Of a DNA stretch of 64,000 bases, positions 24,921 through 38,758 are shown piece by piece. The notes below the pieces were generated by a model that saw nothing but the letters and a program-made list of their open reading frames with translations, was not told the origin of the DNA and ran no database searches. The stretch lies in contig OZ024740.1 of assembly GCA_964016885.1 (NCBI GenBank), forward strand, positions 381,424,001 through 381,488,000, given 5' to 3'. The position numbers and the translations under genes are program-made. Position 1 is the first letter of the stretch. Every line of letters starts with the position of its first letter. Origin of the DNA: Eledone cirrhosa. Its lineage: Eukaryota.

Positions 24921-27344
24921 AGTCGTATTTGAGAAGGCCTCTGATCAATGTCTTTCTACCCAGGGCCATCCTGTCTTTTTCTACAACAAAATATACATTA
25001 ATGAAATTATGGTTCTTTTTAACAAAGCGAAATGTATGTTAATGGAATTCGGCTGTTATTGGTCTCGTGACTCCATGGATTATCTCTTATTTGAGTTTTG
25101 ACGATGTTTTTAAATCGAAGTCGAATTCAAATCCTAAATAGAATTGATTTACGCATGTAGATGATGCTTACGGAGGAAAATCATAGAAATTAACAAGTCT
25201 TGATTTCCCTTCCAACAGTAAAACTACAGTACTCAATAATCAGTATTCAATTTAAAGTACTGTGAAATATATGGAAGGCATTGACGTAGTTGTGAATAAA
25301 AACAAACAAACAAGCTTACACTAGTAATTTGTGAGAGCCACCAGAATACCTTGTGCTGTGTATCTAGAAGAAATTATCTAAAGTACGAGGTGAACCAAAC
25401 ATAATCAATCGAATCTTCGATGATCTGCTCCACCTATTTGAGTGACATTTTATGTAGTCTTTCGCCCTACTAGAAATAGCATAAAAATCTGACCCTAGTC
25501 ACAAACTTCTCTTTTTAAAAGTAACACATTAGATCATGGAGTTCGGAGCACATTATTCCAGAATACTTGACGAGATGGTCATAACTTGAGTAGTGTTTGA
25601 ACATAGGCTTGCTCGAAAAAGACTGGCCTTGTGCTAGAGAATGACATTTACATGCAGGTAAGTAGAATGAACAGCTAAGGCATAGCACCAAAATCAAACC
25701 GCTTAAATTTAGAGTCGCATATTTGCAATTCATGGAAAATAACTAAACGAAAAGCTGCATATTTACTTTAGAACCTGTAACATTTTAATAACACAGTTTC
25801 ATGTTCTTTAGACACTATTTTACTTAATGGCAATGACAGTATATATATATATATATATTTGTGTATATGTGTGCGCGCGCGCGTGTGTGTGTGGAAGTGT
25901 GTATGTGTTTATTCGACTGGATAATATATTACATCACCAGCAGGTCTTTTTGACTTCAAAAGAACATTTTTCTCCTATTATCACACACACATGCACACAC
26001 AAATATACAAACACATACACATACACACGCGCACACAGATATTAAACAAATGAAAAAAGATATATAACTTTTAACAGCTTCGAAATTAATATCGATTTCT
26101 GCCTGAGCAAAGATTATTACACTTATACTAATGTCTCAGAGAAGCTATGAAATCCAAAATGTATATATTTAAACCAATTATGCAAATGATAGGTAATAAA
26201 GCAATTCATATCTATCGACTTCAAAGTATTAGCTAGCAATAAGATAAAGGCATGAAACCAGAATATCTGAACCAATAAGATTTCAATCTAGGCTAATATA
26301 TTTTGTGAGACTAAGATGTTTTCGAATCAGCAGTCTTACATCTTCATGCTATTATGAGTTCAAGCATCGCTTTAAATTTAGTATCCCAAAACTTGATATT
26401 GTAAATACCGATGGAGGTTTGGCATGATCGTCATATTACTAATCTACATCAATTTAAACCTATTTAGCTCCTTCTGAAGTAGAGTTGTTATAGTTATATG
26501 AAAACTGTGTCTCGACTTTCTCTTGGACAAGTGATGCGTATTTATCAGTTTTACCCCGAAGTAAAAGTTTCGCTTACAACGCGATTTGACTGGTTGTAAC
26601 CATATAAGTGTGTGTCCAGAAGCAAACGTATCGGAAGAGATAGGGATTTAACACAGTGCATCAGATAATAATTAAAAGTGGACTACATCACGTACTCACT
26701 GAATCGATATCGGGCGGTGATTCAAAGGCGTACAGATAAGAGATTAAGAATACTTAAGAAGATAGAAGGATCTTGCAAACATCAAAAGTAAAGGAATAGC
26801 AAAGTATGACAGGAGGAAAGCGTAAAATTTGGCAACAATCCAATAACAAAATATTCACGAGATTAAATCCCATCAAACCATCAAAGATTCAGATGTGTAA
26901 GTTTATAAAATACTTCATTATTTCCTGATAAAATGAAATAAAATACAATGGAATTTAGATGATGATTATCTATCTATCTATCCATCTATCCACGTGTCTC
27001 TCTTTTTTTCTCTCGGTCTATGACTATCTATCTATCTAGCATTTCCAACCGATGTTTCTATTTGCTATATGCAAATGAGCATCGCAAGAAAATGCTCATC
27101 ATTCAAAATCTATATAGACACGTCTATTTCTATGTCAGTACCGGTTGAATGAATGTCACGAGATTAACAAATCTCAAAATAGTGCTGTCTGGCATTCACT
27201 TTTTCTTTGATAGCGAGGTAGGTTCCCATATGTTTATTGTATATGAACATATAGTATATGCTTTTATAAACAGCTCTATTGCGTTCAACGCTGTCTTACT
27301 GCTACTGCCAATTTATATATATATATATATAAACATATATATAT

Positions 27345-27503
27345 ATATAACAAAGGAAGTGTGGTAAGTAACCAGGTGGACCATAACGCACCAGCGTACT
27401 CGATACTGGGTAGTAGAGTGGGTAATAGGAAAAGAGTCAGGACCCCGACGGCTAGCTGTCGAAACGGCCGGAGCTCAGCCGTCGAGGTCCTGACTCTTTT
27501 CTT
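27345..27503. mobile_element. Short fold-back copy of the 17226-19895 PLE family with the 3' half of an HHR
   Basis: 27350-27455 is the reverse complement of ~19783-19890. Hairpin GAAAAGAGTCAGGACCCCGACGGCT..AGCCGTCGAGGTCCTGACTCTTTTC encloses GAAACGGCCGGAGCTCAGCCGTC. Left side is (TA)n. Confidence 0.75.
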
Positions 27504-27504
27504 A

Positions 27505-27668
27505 TCGATTTTATCTTTTATTCAACAGAGCTCTCTCCATATAAGTAACTAGCTTTCATATTGTGTTTGTCCTATTTATCATATATATATATGATAAATA
27601 GGACAAACACAATATGAAAGCTAGTTACTTATATGGAGAGAGCTCTGTTGAATAAAAGATAAAATCGA
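27505..27668. repeat. Perfect 164-bp palindrome centred on (AT)6
   Basis: 82-bp arms are exact reverse complements. Confidence 0.95.
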
Positions 27669-29175
27669 CAATGATGCGATTATACTCAAGACTCCTTACT
27701 ATTTTGAACAACACTTCTTCCCTCATTAGCAATACACTGATAACTACTTGACAACTTCTATCATGGGGCGCCTTAAATCAAATTTATTGCTGAGGCTGAA
27801 TTGTTTCCCCAGACGATAATTTATCAAGCAACATTAATTATAGTAGCCCCAGAAGAATATCAACAGTATTTATCGCCGTAGTCGCAATGCAACAACAACG
27901 ATAAGCACAATAATGATATAATTAATTATGTCTTCCCTTTTATCTACCGTCTTCTAAGGACACAGCATTTTTTGGATTGTAGGGAAGTGGATTGTGAGAA
28001 GTATGATGAAGTGGTGTATGCTTGGTGTAGACTCATCAAACGCTCATTTATTAACAAGCTAATAATCCTTACAGGAAAAGATGCAGTAAACATGCAGATG
28101 ATATTAATATGTAAACGTTAATACAGAAACCAGGAAATCACTGAACTACGCACAGATATTCATAATGGAAAATTGGAATGAATCTCCGTCGATTTTGACG
28201 ATGAGCATTTCTGTTCTTCAATCGACGCAACAAAATCTCCTAGAAATTCAGCGCGGCACAGTGAGGGACAAGCCTGCCTCTTTTAATTATAAGTACAGTC
28301 ACCCGACGAAATTTCAAACAGTTTCCGTCTGTCTGTCCAATATGATTTACAATTTACAAGAGACCTTCTTAAACATTTCGCCTTGCTGTGTCTACTGCAT
28401 ACGTACATATAGAAAGACATACACACGATGCACACAAATCCCACCCCCATACACGTACGTATACGCGCACACACGCAGACGCAAATATAGTCTCTCTTTT
28501 ACACTCTCTGTCTCGAAATACACACACACCTACATAAATATTTGCGTTTGTACACATGCACTCACACTTGTTGTTGTTGTTGTTGTTCTTCTTCTTCTTC
28601 TTCTTCTTTTTCTTCTTCTTCTTCTACCCCCCCCCGCCCTCTTCTGCGCAGTGAGAATATTTTAATTTTGATTTATCTAAAGCCATTTTAAATATATATG
28701 CTAGTTCGCCTCTGGGGGTAGCATTGACGAACATTATACTCTAATATGTGTTGCTGTCATACCATGCGTTGACCTAATCTAGCCACTACACCCATACTTG
28801 ACTAGTTCGTAATAGCAGCCAAATTCCCTCAAATCACGTGCGTATTGTCTCTAGAAAAAAAATAACACTCACACACACTGGACAATGTTGATTATGATGC
28901 CTCCTATCAAATATTTGCTGGATTAGACCTGACCTAGTGTTAAAAATCAACTACAGACAATGGTATATAACATTCATTTACATCAATTTACTATACAAAC
29001 AATATTTTCGATGTTTTAGAAGTTCTTTTACATCGACATTTAATGTCAGAATCTATCAACATCCGATACATTGAAGTTATGAATATAATTTAAATACTAT
29101 TATAAACTTTTCTCTTTCTACAACTTCATTTTTCAAAATAAAGATGTGTCATATACATAAATGTATTTTATATCC

Positions 29176-29342
<167 letters not shown>

Positions 29343-29485
29343 GTAATTCCAAAGGAAAAGCAAAGGAAAAAAGACTGCTCTACTGTATAGAAGAGAGCTG
29401 ACGAACGATCCAGACGTATATATTATTATCATCCGTGATCCACAAATCTTTGGTAATAGAGTAGTTATATTTTGTGTTCACTTTC

Positions 29486-29539
<54 letters not shown>

Positions 29540-29811
29540 TGCTGTAATTATCAGTGTTCACACTGAAACTGCTACCAGTTTGCTGGTTTTAGTATGACTG
29601 GAGGATATTTTCTCTATAGTCCAGTCAGTTGATATCACTTCTGGTAAGACAAGAAATGCATTTTAAGATATGTTTATGCTGTAAAAGGAAAGATCTGATC
29701 GGTATATTTTAAACTGTGTGGTATAATATTGTGCGTTCATTCCATCTTTGTTTACAACTTTGTATACATTTTCATCACCATCCTGATAGTTGGAGCACCC
29801 AGTGTAAGATA

Positions 29812-29910
29812 TTTTATTTGCCACAGGGACGTACAAAAATGGGATATTACAAGACATGACGGCGGGGTTTTTACATAACATCTTTAACAATGGTAAATAA
29901 CAATAAACTA
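29812..29910 (-). mobile_element. ~100-bp 3' tail of the same Tx1/L1 family (separate short insertion)
   Basis: Closely similar to 29925-30030. Bounded by TAAGATA at 29805-11 and 29911-17. Confidence 0.7.
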
Positions 29911-30167
29911 TAAGATATCTTTCTTTATTTGCCACAGGGGTGTACAAAAATGGGACATTACAAGACGTGACGGCGGGCGTTTTTCATAAAAATAACTTTA
30001 ACGTTAATAAATAACAATAAACTATATATAATAAAATAACAATTGAAATCCCCAGTAGGAGGAACGTTACTGCAGGGTTGTTTTACACCCCGTGGATAGA
30101 ACAACCCTCAACACCAGGAACACGTTTTGTAGGTGTTCCTGTCTTCCCTCTGTTTATCTTCCTCAAC

Positions 30168-33100
30168 CTACAGGTTTATATACAGAGAAGGCCCATTCAC
30201 TCGAGCCATTTTCGCCACATTCACCCACCTTTCAGCGAATTTACTGGTGTATAGCACCTCTCTCTCCTCTCTCACCTTCCTTCTGAAGTGATACTTAAAG
30301 AAGGGGATAAGTTGTCCGGAGAGAAAGGTGTTTGCTCTCAGTCCTTTTAACCTCGTCCACCATATTACCTCTTTCGCCATAACTACCAGACAGAGGAAAA
30401 CCGCCTCTCCTTCGTTCTTAAATGAAGGAGGCGGGGTGATTCTCACGATGGACTCGGCTGACAACTGGATGCGTCCCACACGTGACAGCAGCTGTTCGAC
30501 ATAATTCCACAGGTCGGTCACCCCTGGGCACTGAAAAATTGCGTGCAGAACGGTTTCGATGTCCTGTTCGCATTTTGGACAGGTCATTTTGGCAGGATCT
30601 CTGCCAGGGCGTCCGTGCCTGTAGATTTTGTCTCGAACTGGTAGAGCTCCTCGGTAGCACTGCCAGGCCAGAGACCTCTGGAAGTTATCCATAGGCCCTG
30701 AACGGAAAGTCCTCCCGGACAGACTGGTCAGTTCGACCTCCTCGATGCCTAGAGTTTCCCCGAGAACGTCGTCGCACCTATCCTCCACTAATCCCCTACA
30801 GAATGTCGAAGGGGAGTCTCCGCTGATTGCGGTTCCGCTTGGTAGAGGGCTGTGAGCGCCTGTAGGCACGTGAGGTGCCAGGTACCCATTTTCGGTCTTC
30901 GCTTGACCCAGGACTGCAGCTCTGTCAGTGAGACGAGTTGTGGAAGCGCTTGTCTCACAAACGACAGCCACACCGGTTCACCGGTCAGGAATACCTGGAG
31001 ATGGCGTAGCTTCAGCGCATGTTTGCGCATCATCAGCCGCAGCATGCCCAGCCCTCCGTTAGAAGAGTGTTGACAGCAGATAGATCTCCTCACCAATGGA
31101 GCCTGTTTCTTCCAAAGGAACTTGAAGAATAGGCGTTCCATTTTGGTAAGGTATTCGCGGGTGCAAGGCACGACTGTCAAGCGGTAATAGATGACGGACG
31201 CTATGTAAGTGTTCGCCAACTCCGCTCGACCTTTCAATAAGAGTTTGCACTCGGCCCACTTCTGGAGGAGTGCAAACACCTTCGCCGTGACCTCGTTCCA
31301 GTTCTTCTCCACCTAGAGGTCTGACCAAACCAGACCCCGAGCAATTTCACCGGTCCTTCCGCCCAGCGTCCAACACACTGTCGGAAGGCATGGGTTTGCT
31401 TCTCCATGTGCCGAGTTGCAAACCGACAGACTTGTTTGGGTTTAGTCTTACTCCTGTCAACGTTTCTTATTCCTGTAATAGGTTGCCGATTACCCTGATT
31501 TCCGAGATTTTCGACACCATTACGGTTATGTCATCGGCATAGGCCGACGCTGCTTTCCGCAGTCCTGGTTCGGTCGGGATGCCCTGCAACAGCTCCAATT
31601 TCCGCAGTTACGGCTCGAGAGTCAGTACATACAGAATGGAGGAGAGAGAACATGCCTGACGGATGGAACGCATGATTTGGAATGGCTCTGATAGGTAGCC
31701 ATTCACATTGACTGCCGAGCAGATGCTGGTGTGCATGGCAGCGATCCAGCCTCAGAAGACGCGGCCGAAGCCGGCCGCCTTGAGAACTGCTTCCAAGTAT
31801 TGATGGTCGACCCTATTAAATGCCTTAGACTGATCTAAATTGATCAGAGCCCCACCGAAGCCAGGTTTACATCCTACCTCTCTATGATGTATCGCATGAG
31901 GTGGAGGTTGTGTATGCACCTGGTCGGGATTGCACACGTTTGGGCTTTCCCTATCAGGTTCTCGATGACAAGCGCCAACCTTGCTGCTAACACCTTGGCC
32001 AAAATCTTTAATTCTGTGTTGAGCAGAGTTATGGGCCTGAAATTGCTTATCTCATCCCCTTGTTCTCATCTTTCCTGATCAGCGTTACTACGCCTCTGCG
32101 AATCCTCCCGTTCTGCTGCCAGTTGCAGTAGACCGCTTCGAGGACGCCAGAGAACAAGTCTGGCATGCCAATGTAAAACTCATAGGGTAGACCATCTAAA
32201 CAGAGTGATTTGCGTTTCCAGCAGCGGCCTAGGGCATCTTCTATTTTACCCGCTGTGATCGGCCTTTCTCGGCTCTCCGCATCCGTGCTCGAGAGTCACG
32301 GTACGCCGTCGAGGTAGGAGCTGAAGCCCATCACCTCGCTCGATGTACCGCTTTGCCCGAACATTTGTGCAAAATGCTGCTGGAAGGCTGTGCACATCTG
32401 CTTGGATTCAAGTATAATGCGTCCACCTTTGTCTTGCAAAGACCGAATTGTGGATTTGTTGCCACTTTTCGCCTCTGCCACTCGGAGCCAGCTAATAGCC
32501 TTGGCTCCCTCGTGTTCTACTTCTGACAATACAACCAACCCTCGTGTTTCACGTTGAAGAAGTGGTGTAGTGCCGTTCTCGCCGCTAGCACGTCAGTTGT
32601 ACTGCCATTCCTAAGTGCCTCTTCTATTTTAGCTACCAGTTCCTTTTCAGTTTTTTTTTCTAAAGCTACTTCCTGGCTAATTGCTATCGATTCTATTTTA
32701 ATTGCTCTCTTGAGAGAGTTCCACCACCTGTTGTTGAAGATCACCCCCCCCCCCCCCCGTCAACTGGCGCTTAACTAAGGTGCTAATCCGTTTACTGTAG
32801 GCTTTACGCGCCGAGAGCGACATGTTTAGCTTCCAGTATCCGGGTCCCTGTCTATGTGTTCTATCAAGGTTGACTACGCAGGTGACTAATTTGTGGTTTG
32901 AATAATAGGCAACCATGTGCATTTATGGATAGCTTAATGTTTCCTTATCATTCTGTCTAATTAAAAATCTATCTAAATACGATCTAGAAGACCCAGTGCG
33001 GTTGCTCCACGACCACAGTGGTACACTTAGGAAGTCTAGTCGATATCTATCAGCCAGTTGGAATTGGCTGATGAGATTTTTTAGGCTATTACACGCCCCT

Positions 33101-33576
33101 CTATTATCACAAGCTCCTGCATAGTCCCAACGTGCGTCTAAGATGCCATTCCAGTCCCTCGCTAACACTAAGGAGCGAGACGTTCCCAGGAATTGCTCCA
33201 TACGCTTGAAGAACTCTGGTCGCGATGTCCCAGTCGGGGCATATACGGCCACCAGTCTGAAAACTCTACCTTCACTACTATTCACGCCCAGGACCACCAG
33301 GCTGCCCTCCGGGTCCAAGTGAATCGTCTGTATTTTGAGATCCAAGTTTTTTCGAAACAGAACAGCAACTCTCCCTCCACCTCCTGGCTGACAGAGAGAT
33401 GCGTAGATCTCAAAATCATCGAACATGGGGGTTAGCTGCTGCTTGTCGTGAATCCTGGACTCGATGATGGCTCTCATATCTATACAATGTGACCTGAGAC
33501 AATTTAAAAGCTGGCTCTCTTTCCAGGACATGCCCAGGCCACGTACATTCAAACATCCAGCTTGTATAGTCGCCAT
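30168..33576 (-). pseudogene. LINE ORF2 (APE endonuclease + RT + zinc finger), frameshifted
   Basis: GCLNVRGL, VAVYAPTG, SRSYLDRF, GPGYWKLN, INLDQSKAFNRVDH, AYADDI (~31527-44), CPKC..ETVLHAIFQC. Confidence 0.92.
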
Positions 33577-33616
33577 GTTGGTGAAGAAGAGTTAAGGAGA
33601 GAAAAGGCAGAAACAC

Positions 33617-35442
33617 TTACCTTTTCGTTTCTTGGAGGTCGGTTTGTTCGATCTCCATGTCCAGATTGGTGGTGTTTGGGGAGGGAGGGAATCCTTTTAG
33701 CAGGACACGGTTAAGGGGCTTTTGGCAAGGGGGGTCCACATCATGTGGGAAGTTCTCTTTTAAAGTTTCATATTGTAGGATTGTTACCCTGATAAGTTTG
33801 AGGTTTGGGGGTTGGTGGTTGGTGGGGAAGGTTTTCGCTTCCGTTTGTATTGTGGGGTCCTTTCGGACAGTTTCCACCAGTTCTTTGTTTCTTGTTTTTA
33901 TGTATGTGTAATGTGTTTTGTTTTTCATGTGTACTGTTTCTGTTTGTAGTTTTCTTTTTGTGGTTGGGGTTTGTGATTGTGGTGGTGTGGGTGTTTGTTT
34001 TGTTGGTGAAGTGTTTGGTTGTGATGGTGGTGATTGTGTTGTTGGTGATTGTGTTGTTGGTGTGTTTGTTGTTTGTGGCGGTGTGTTTGTGGTGGGGTTG
34101 GGTGTGCGCGTGTTTTCTGTAGATGTTTTTGTGTCTTTTTTGTGTCTTTATTGCTTTTTGGATTTTTGGGGCTCCTCTTCATTCTTGCTTGGAGATGTAG
34201 AGGTTCCCGTGTCTGAGATTTCTGAATCAGGAGTATGTTGTGTGGTGGAGTTTTTGTGCAGGTGTTTGTGGCAGTATTTGACAGGGAGCGAGGAGGCAAT
34301 GGAGGGTTTTTCAGTGGTATTTTCTGTGTGTGGTTGTCTCTGGTCTGTGGTGGTGTGGGAGTGGATGTTGCAGGCTTTTGTGTTGTGTTTGGTTTGGGGT
34401 GTTGATGTTGGGGTTTTGGTGTTGGTAATGACACCTTGTTTGTCCTCGGTTTGTTTAAGAGAGGGCAAAAGGCCTTTAAGTGTGTGGCTTTCCCACACTT
34501 ATGGTACTGAGGTCTTTTCCCCTCCACTAAAATGGAGATGACATCTTCCTCAAGGACGATCCTGTCCAGTATTTTCTCAACTCTCTCTGGCCTCATTTGT
34601 ACCAGAACCTCGATGCAGGTTCCAAACCAGTTATTCAGGTCTGTCCTGTCACCTCTGCTGGGATCCTGGTTATTTTTATTTTGTAGGATCTTCTTCCCAT
34701 GTATGTGGGAGAAGAAGATGTGTTGATCCGTTTTTATTGGGTGATCCGAGTGTTTTTGTGCCAGAGTTTCGCTCTTAAAGAGCACTGACACACTTCCAAT
34801 CTGTTTACCTCTTTGGAGGTATGCCACGTCTGGCTTGATATCTTTTAGTGCAGCTTCAATAGTGCTTGTTGGGAGCGTTATGAGTTTTTTGGTAATGATG
34901 TCAACTGTTCTATAAATTAGTTTCTTTTTCTGTGTCATTTCTCTTATTTGTGGGGGTATGTGTATGTGTGGGGTGTCTCCCTCAAACGTCACATAGTTGG
35001 AAGCTTCTTCCACATATTGGGACTTTTGGGAAATGTTCATGGAGTAAAATTTAAAATCCTGTTGCTTAGCAACGGTTGTTGCAAATAAAATTTTGTTATT
35101 GTTGTTGGTGGTGGTGATGATGGTCTCATTCGTTGTGTTGCCACTGATTCCTTTTGTTGTGTTGTTGTTCTCATTTATTGTGTTGTTGTTATTGTTGGTT
35201 GTGGTGGTGTTAGTATTTGCTACATATACTTCCTTCTGTGTGTGGATACATGTGACATTTGTGACGTCAGGCGTTTTCAGTTGCTTACAATCAGTTGAAG
35301 CTTGTTCCTCTTTTAAATGTTGAGGCGATAATGTTGGCATTCCTTTGTCCATGTCTGCTACTACCTGCTGGTCAAGTAGGCATGGCTTTACCATCCCATC
35401 CCTTTGCTTCGGCCATTTTTTAAAAATTGAAGAGTTTCGCAA
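33617..35442 (-). pseudogene. LINE ORF1 (gag-like, degenerate zinc knuckle), frameshifted
   Basis: VEGKRPQYHKCGKATHLKAFC aligns with VEGKRPKCFRCGSKTHLRAFC of the intact copy. T/N-rich N-terminus. Confidence 0.85.
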
Positions 35443-35899
35443 AAATATTTTCGAAAATATGTTGGATGTTTTGCCCTGAGGGGCACGATATTTTGGGAGA
35501 CTGACCAGATCAAAATTTGATCTCTCAGTCCCTCTACAAATTGGTATAAAAATAAAAGTTCACAATGACGAATTTCTAAAGAAATTTAAACAAAACTTAC
35601 CGAGCAAGTTTAACACACGTGTCCATCCCAAGATAGATAAACTATAAGATAGCCATTGATATTGATGTTTTTGTGTTAAATAGTTCACTGACAACGTAAA
35701 TTAAATTAATAAGATTTTGTCAAATGAAATTGCAGGAGTTCTCATTCGTGTCTTCTCGAGTATTTATATGATTTTAAACCACCGAAAAAGTTATTATTAA
35801 CCTTATTGATCTTTACTATAGATATCAGTGATGAATATATTCGATTGAAAATCTGAAAGTTGTAAACTTCCAGACACAAGCTGTTATATTGATGACACA

Positions 35900-36120
35900 G
35901 CATGACGGAATTGTGCTCAATTTCGCTTCATAATTATACGAACCTGAGTTCGATCCCACAACCTGGCTCATTGAGTACATGTTATTTATCATAGACTCGG
36001 GTCGACGCTAGCTTTGCTGAATCCATTCATAGAATGCTGAGCCACCTGCACGTTAATTTTACGGACAAGCCGTTCTGTTGATTGAACAGCTGGAGCATCC
36101 ATCGTCAAAACTGATGCAGA
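35900..36120 (+). mobile_element. Degenerate tRNA-derived SINE (family C)
   Basis: B-box GAGTTCGATCCC. The 3' part (TGCTGAGCCACCTGCACGTTAATTT) is the reverse complement of part of 36320-36640. Confidence 0.6.
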
Positions 36121-36163
36121 TCCATTTTAAGCTGTTATAATGGAAACAAAAGTTTGACATATA

Positions 36164-36294
36164 TAAGGGCCGGCTGAAAAGTTTACAGGCTGACCAAGAT
36201 TCTATAATGAAGTAACCTGCAATTATTAATTAGAGAATAAGTTAATGCATCACTCCATCTTTGGTCAGCCTATGAACCTTTCAGCCGACCCTTG
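36164..36294. mobile_element. 131-bp mariner-derived MITE
   Basis: ~35-bp TIRs (T/C)AAGGG(C/T)CGGCTGAAA..AGGCTGACCAA, with TA on both sides. Confidence 0.8.
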
Positions 36295-36319
36295 TAAATT
36301 ATGGAATATTGTAATAATG

Positions 36320-36640
36320 GAATGGAAAGCACTCCATCGGTTATGACGACGAGTGTTCCAGTTGATGCAATCAATGAAACAGCCTCCTCGTGAAATTAAC
36401 GTGCAAGTGGTTCAGCATTCTACAAACACGCGTACCCTTAACGTAGTTTTCAGGCCGATTCGGCGTGACACAGAATATGACAAGGCTGACCTTTCGAATT
36501 ACAGGTACAACTCATTTTTGCCAGCTGAGTGAACTGGAGCAACGTGAAATAAATTGTCTCACTCAAGGACACAACGTGACGTCGGGAATCAAACTCACGA
36601 CCTAGCGATCGTGAGCCGAATTCCATAACCTCAAAATCAC
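36320..36640 (-). mobile_element. tRNA-derived SINE (family C)
   Basis: - strand B-box GAGTTTGATTCC, then TGTGTCCTTGAG..TTTATTTCACGTTGCTCCAG and a (TTCCA)n tail. Confidence 0.75.
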
Positions 36641-37074
36641 GCTCTTTATAGAAAATCTTTAACTGCCATATAGTTTTTTAAAGTTTAGTATAATATTCTC
36701 GCCATTCTATATTTATTTACAACAGCTTTGTACAATAGATTTTCATCAATACCTTAGTAGTTGTAGGAATCATTGTATGGAACATCTGGATAGAGATAGA
36801 GGTCTATTGATATAATTTTTGTTCGCATGGGAAGCTGTTTTTCCACATTTAACTATCAACTATGAAAATTTCGTTTGGCCAAATGCCATTCCTATATCCT
36901 CTGAAAGTGGTGTTATTAAATTCAGTTGATCTTCTAAATTCAGTTGATCTTCTAAATTGTCAACAAAGGAATTATTGGTTACCTTAATGTTTATTGCTGT
37001 TGTAGAGCCTAGCATAAAATCAGCGGATCTTTGTAAAAGAAAGAGTAATGGATTTAGCTCCTAAAATACATGTA

Positions 37075-37260
37075 TGCATGTATACATCTATGCATGTATG
37101 TATGTATGTATGTATGTATGTATGTATGTATGTATGTATGTATGTATGTATGTATGTATGTATGTATGTATGTATGTATGAATGTATGTATGTATGTGTG
37201 TGTTCGTGTGCATGTATGTATGTATGTTTGGATGGGTGTAAGTATGTGTGTATGTTTGTA
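37075..37260. repeat. (TATG)n microsatellite
   Basis: Direct reading. Confidence 0.95.
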
Positions 37261-37599
37261 TGTATTATGTGTAATATATTAATGTTATACAACTGGAGGT
37301 ACGAATGGCTCCTTTTACAATGTTCAGTATCTGAAAATATTAACGACATGTAGGTATGTGTGTATACATGGGTTTGTTTATGTGACTGTGTGTGTAAGAT
37401 GTCTGTCGAAAATGTTCTTGACTTCATTTTATTCTATGGGAAATAATGGCAATAGGGAGACAAAGTGTGCAGAGTACATCCACATACATTCAAGAGCATG
37501 CCTGGTTTCTGGCGAGCTCGCTAGATACGCCAGTCGCTGCCATAAAGCCAGCATTTGAAGCGGTGTATTACTTTATCGTCGCACATTCATTTCTTCTGC

Positions 37600-38215
37600 T
37601 ACAGCCAACAAAGTTGCTGAGTTCTTGTAAACGAGGATAACTGAAGATGAGTCGTGGATGTACGTCTACAACCTGGAAACCGAAGCTCATTCATCACAGT
37701 GGAAACACCCACCGTCGCCAAGGCACACAAAAAATACTACAGATCCGGAACAAAATCAAGGTGATGCTTACTGTTTTCTCCGACTTGCATCAAGAAAACG
37801 CACAAAAAACAAACAGTTACGAAATAGTTCAATTCAGAAGGCCTCCAACGTCTTCATGATGTAGTTCAGTGCAGCAAGAAAACACGTATGTTTGCCTGTC
37901 AAAACAGGCAGCTCCAACATGACATCGCTGCGATTAATTCGGCACAGTTGTTCTAATGTTTCATAGCAAGTAAATGCATCTCGTTTTTTTCCTTGGCTCC
38001 AAACCCTTTAGATATGCCTCCTTGTGATTTTTGGTTGTTCCAAATATGAAGGTGCCACTGAAAGGCTCCCACTTTGAAAGCCGAGGGAACATCATGTGGA
38101 CTGTAATGATGTAGCTGGGAGTAATTTCGGAAGAAGCATTACAGACCTGTTTCGAACAGTGGAAGGACCGCTCGGTTAAGTGTATGAAAGCACAAGGGTG
38201 CTATTTCACTGGGCA
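37600..38215 (+). mobile_element. Decayed mariner transposase (DD34D) remnant
   Basis: ITEDESWMYVYNLETEAHSSQWKHPPSPR, KIKVMLTVFSD, QHD, PLDMPPCDFWLF (YSPDLAPxD-like), CFEQWKDR..KC..AQG.YF. Confidence 0.88.
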
Positions 38216-38523
38216 ATCGTAAGTGAAACCCATCAAATACGTAAATGTTCGGATACCTTGTCGCATCTTTTGTTTTCTTGATGGTCGTGTTGTATCTGTA
38301 TGGGTGTGCTTGTGTGTACATATGTGTATGTCCCTGGTGTATTAATCCGAGAGTGCGTATCTTACACTAGCTTTCAATGCTTCTCTGCCTTCACACTTGT
38401 GTATGTGTGTGTTTTATGTGAGCGTCACACATATGCAGCTTGTGCATGCATTTGTGTGATTCCATTGTGTGTGTTTATTGTACGCTATTATTCCTTCATA
38501 TGCGTGAATTTATGTGTATAAGC

Positions 38524-38570
<47 letters not shown>

Positions 38571-38625
38571 AGATCATATGAGTATTGTACATTCCCCGCC
38601 TTTTGTCTAGATATTTAAGTAGATT

Positions 38626-38715
38626 TGTGAATGTGTGTAAGTGTGAATGTATGTAAGTGTGAATGTATGTAAGTGTGAATGTATGTAAGTGTGAATGTAT
38701 GTAAGTGTGAATGTA
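38626..38715. repeat. 16-bp minisatellite TGTGAATGTATGTAAG x~5.5
   Basis: Direct reading. Confidence 0.9.
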
Positions 38716-38758
38716 GCCAATGTGAGTGTGTTTGTATGACGCATATATTCTACAGTGT

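Larger units (their letters stand above)
29918..35636 (-). mobile_element. Full-length decayed Tx1/L1-clade LINE
   Basis: ORF1 remnants, APE endonuclease, RT and C-terminal zinc finger. 15-bp TSD ATAAACTATAAGATA at 29903-29917 and 35637-35651. AATAAA at the 3' end. Confidence 0.92.
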
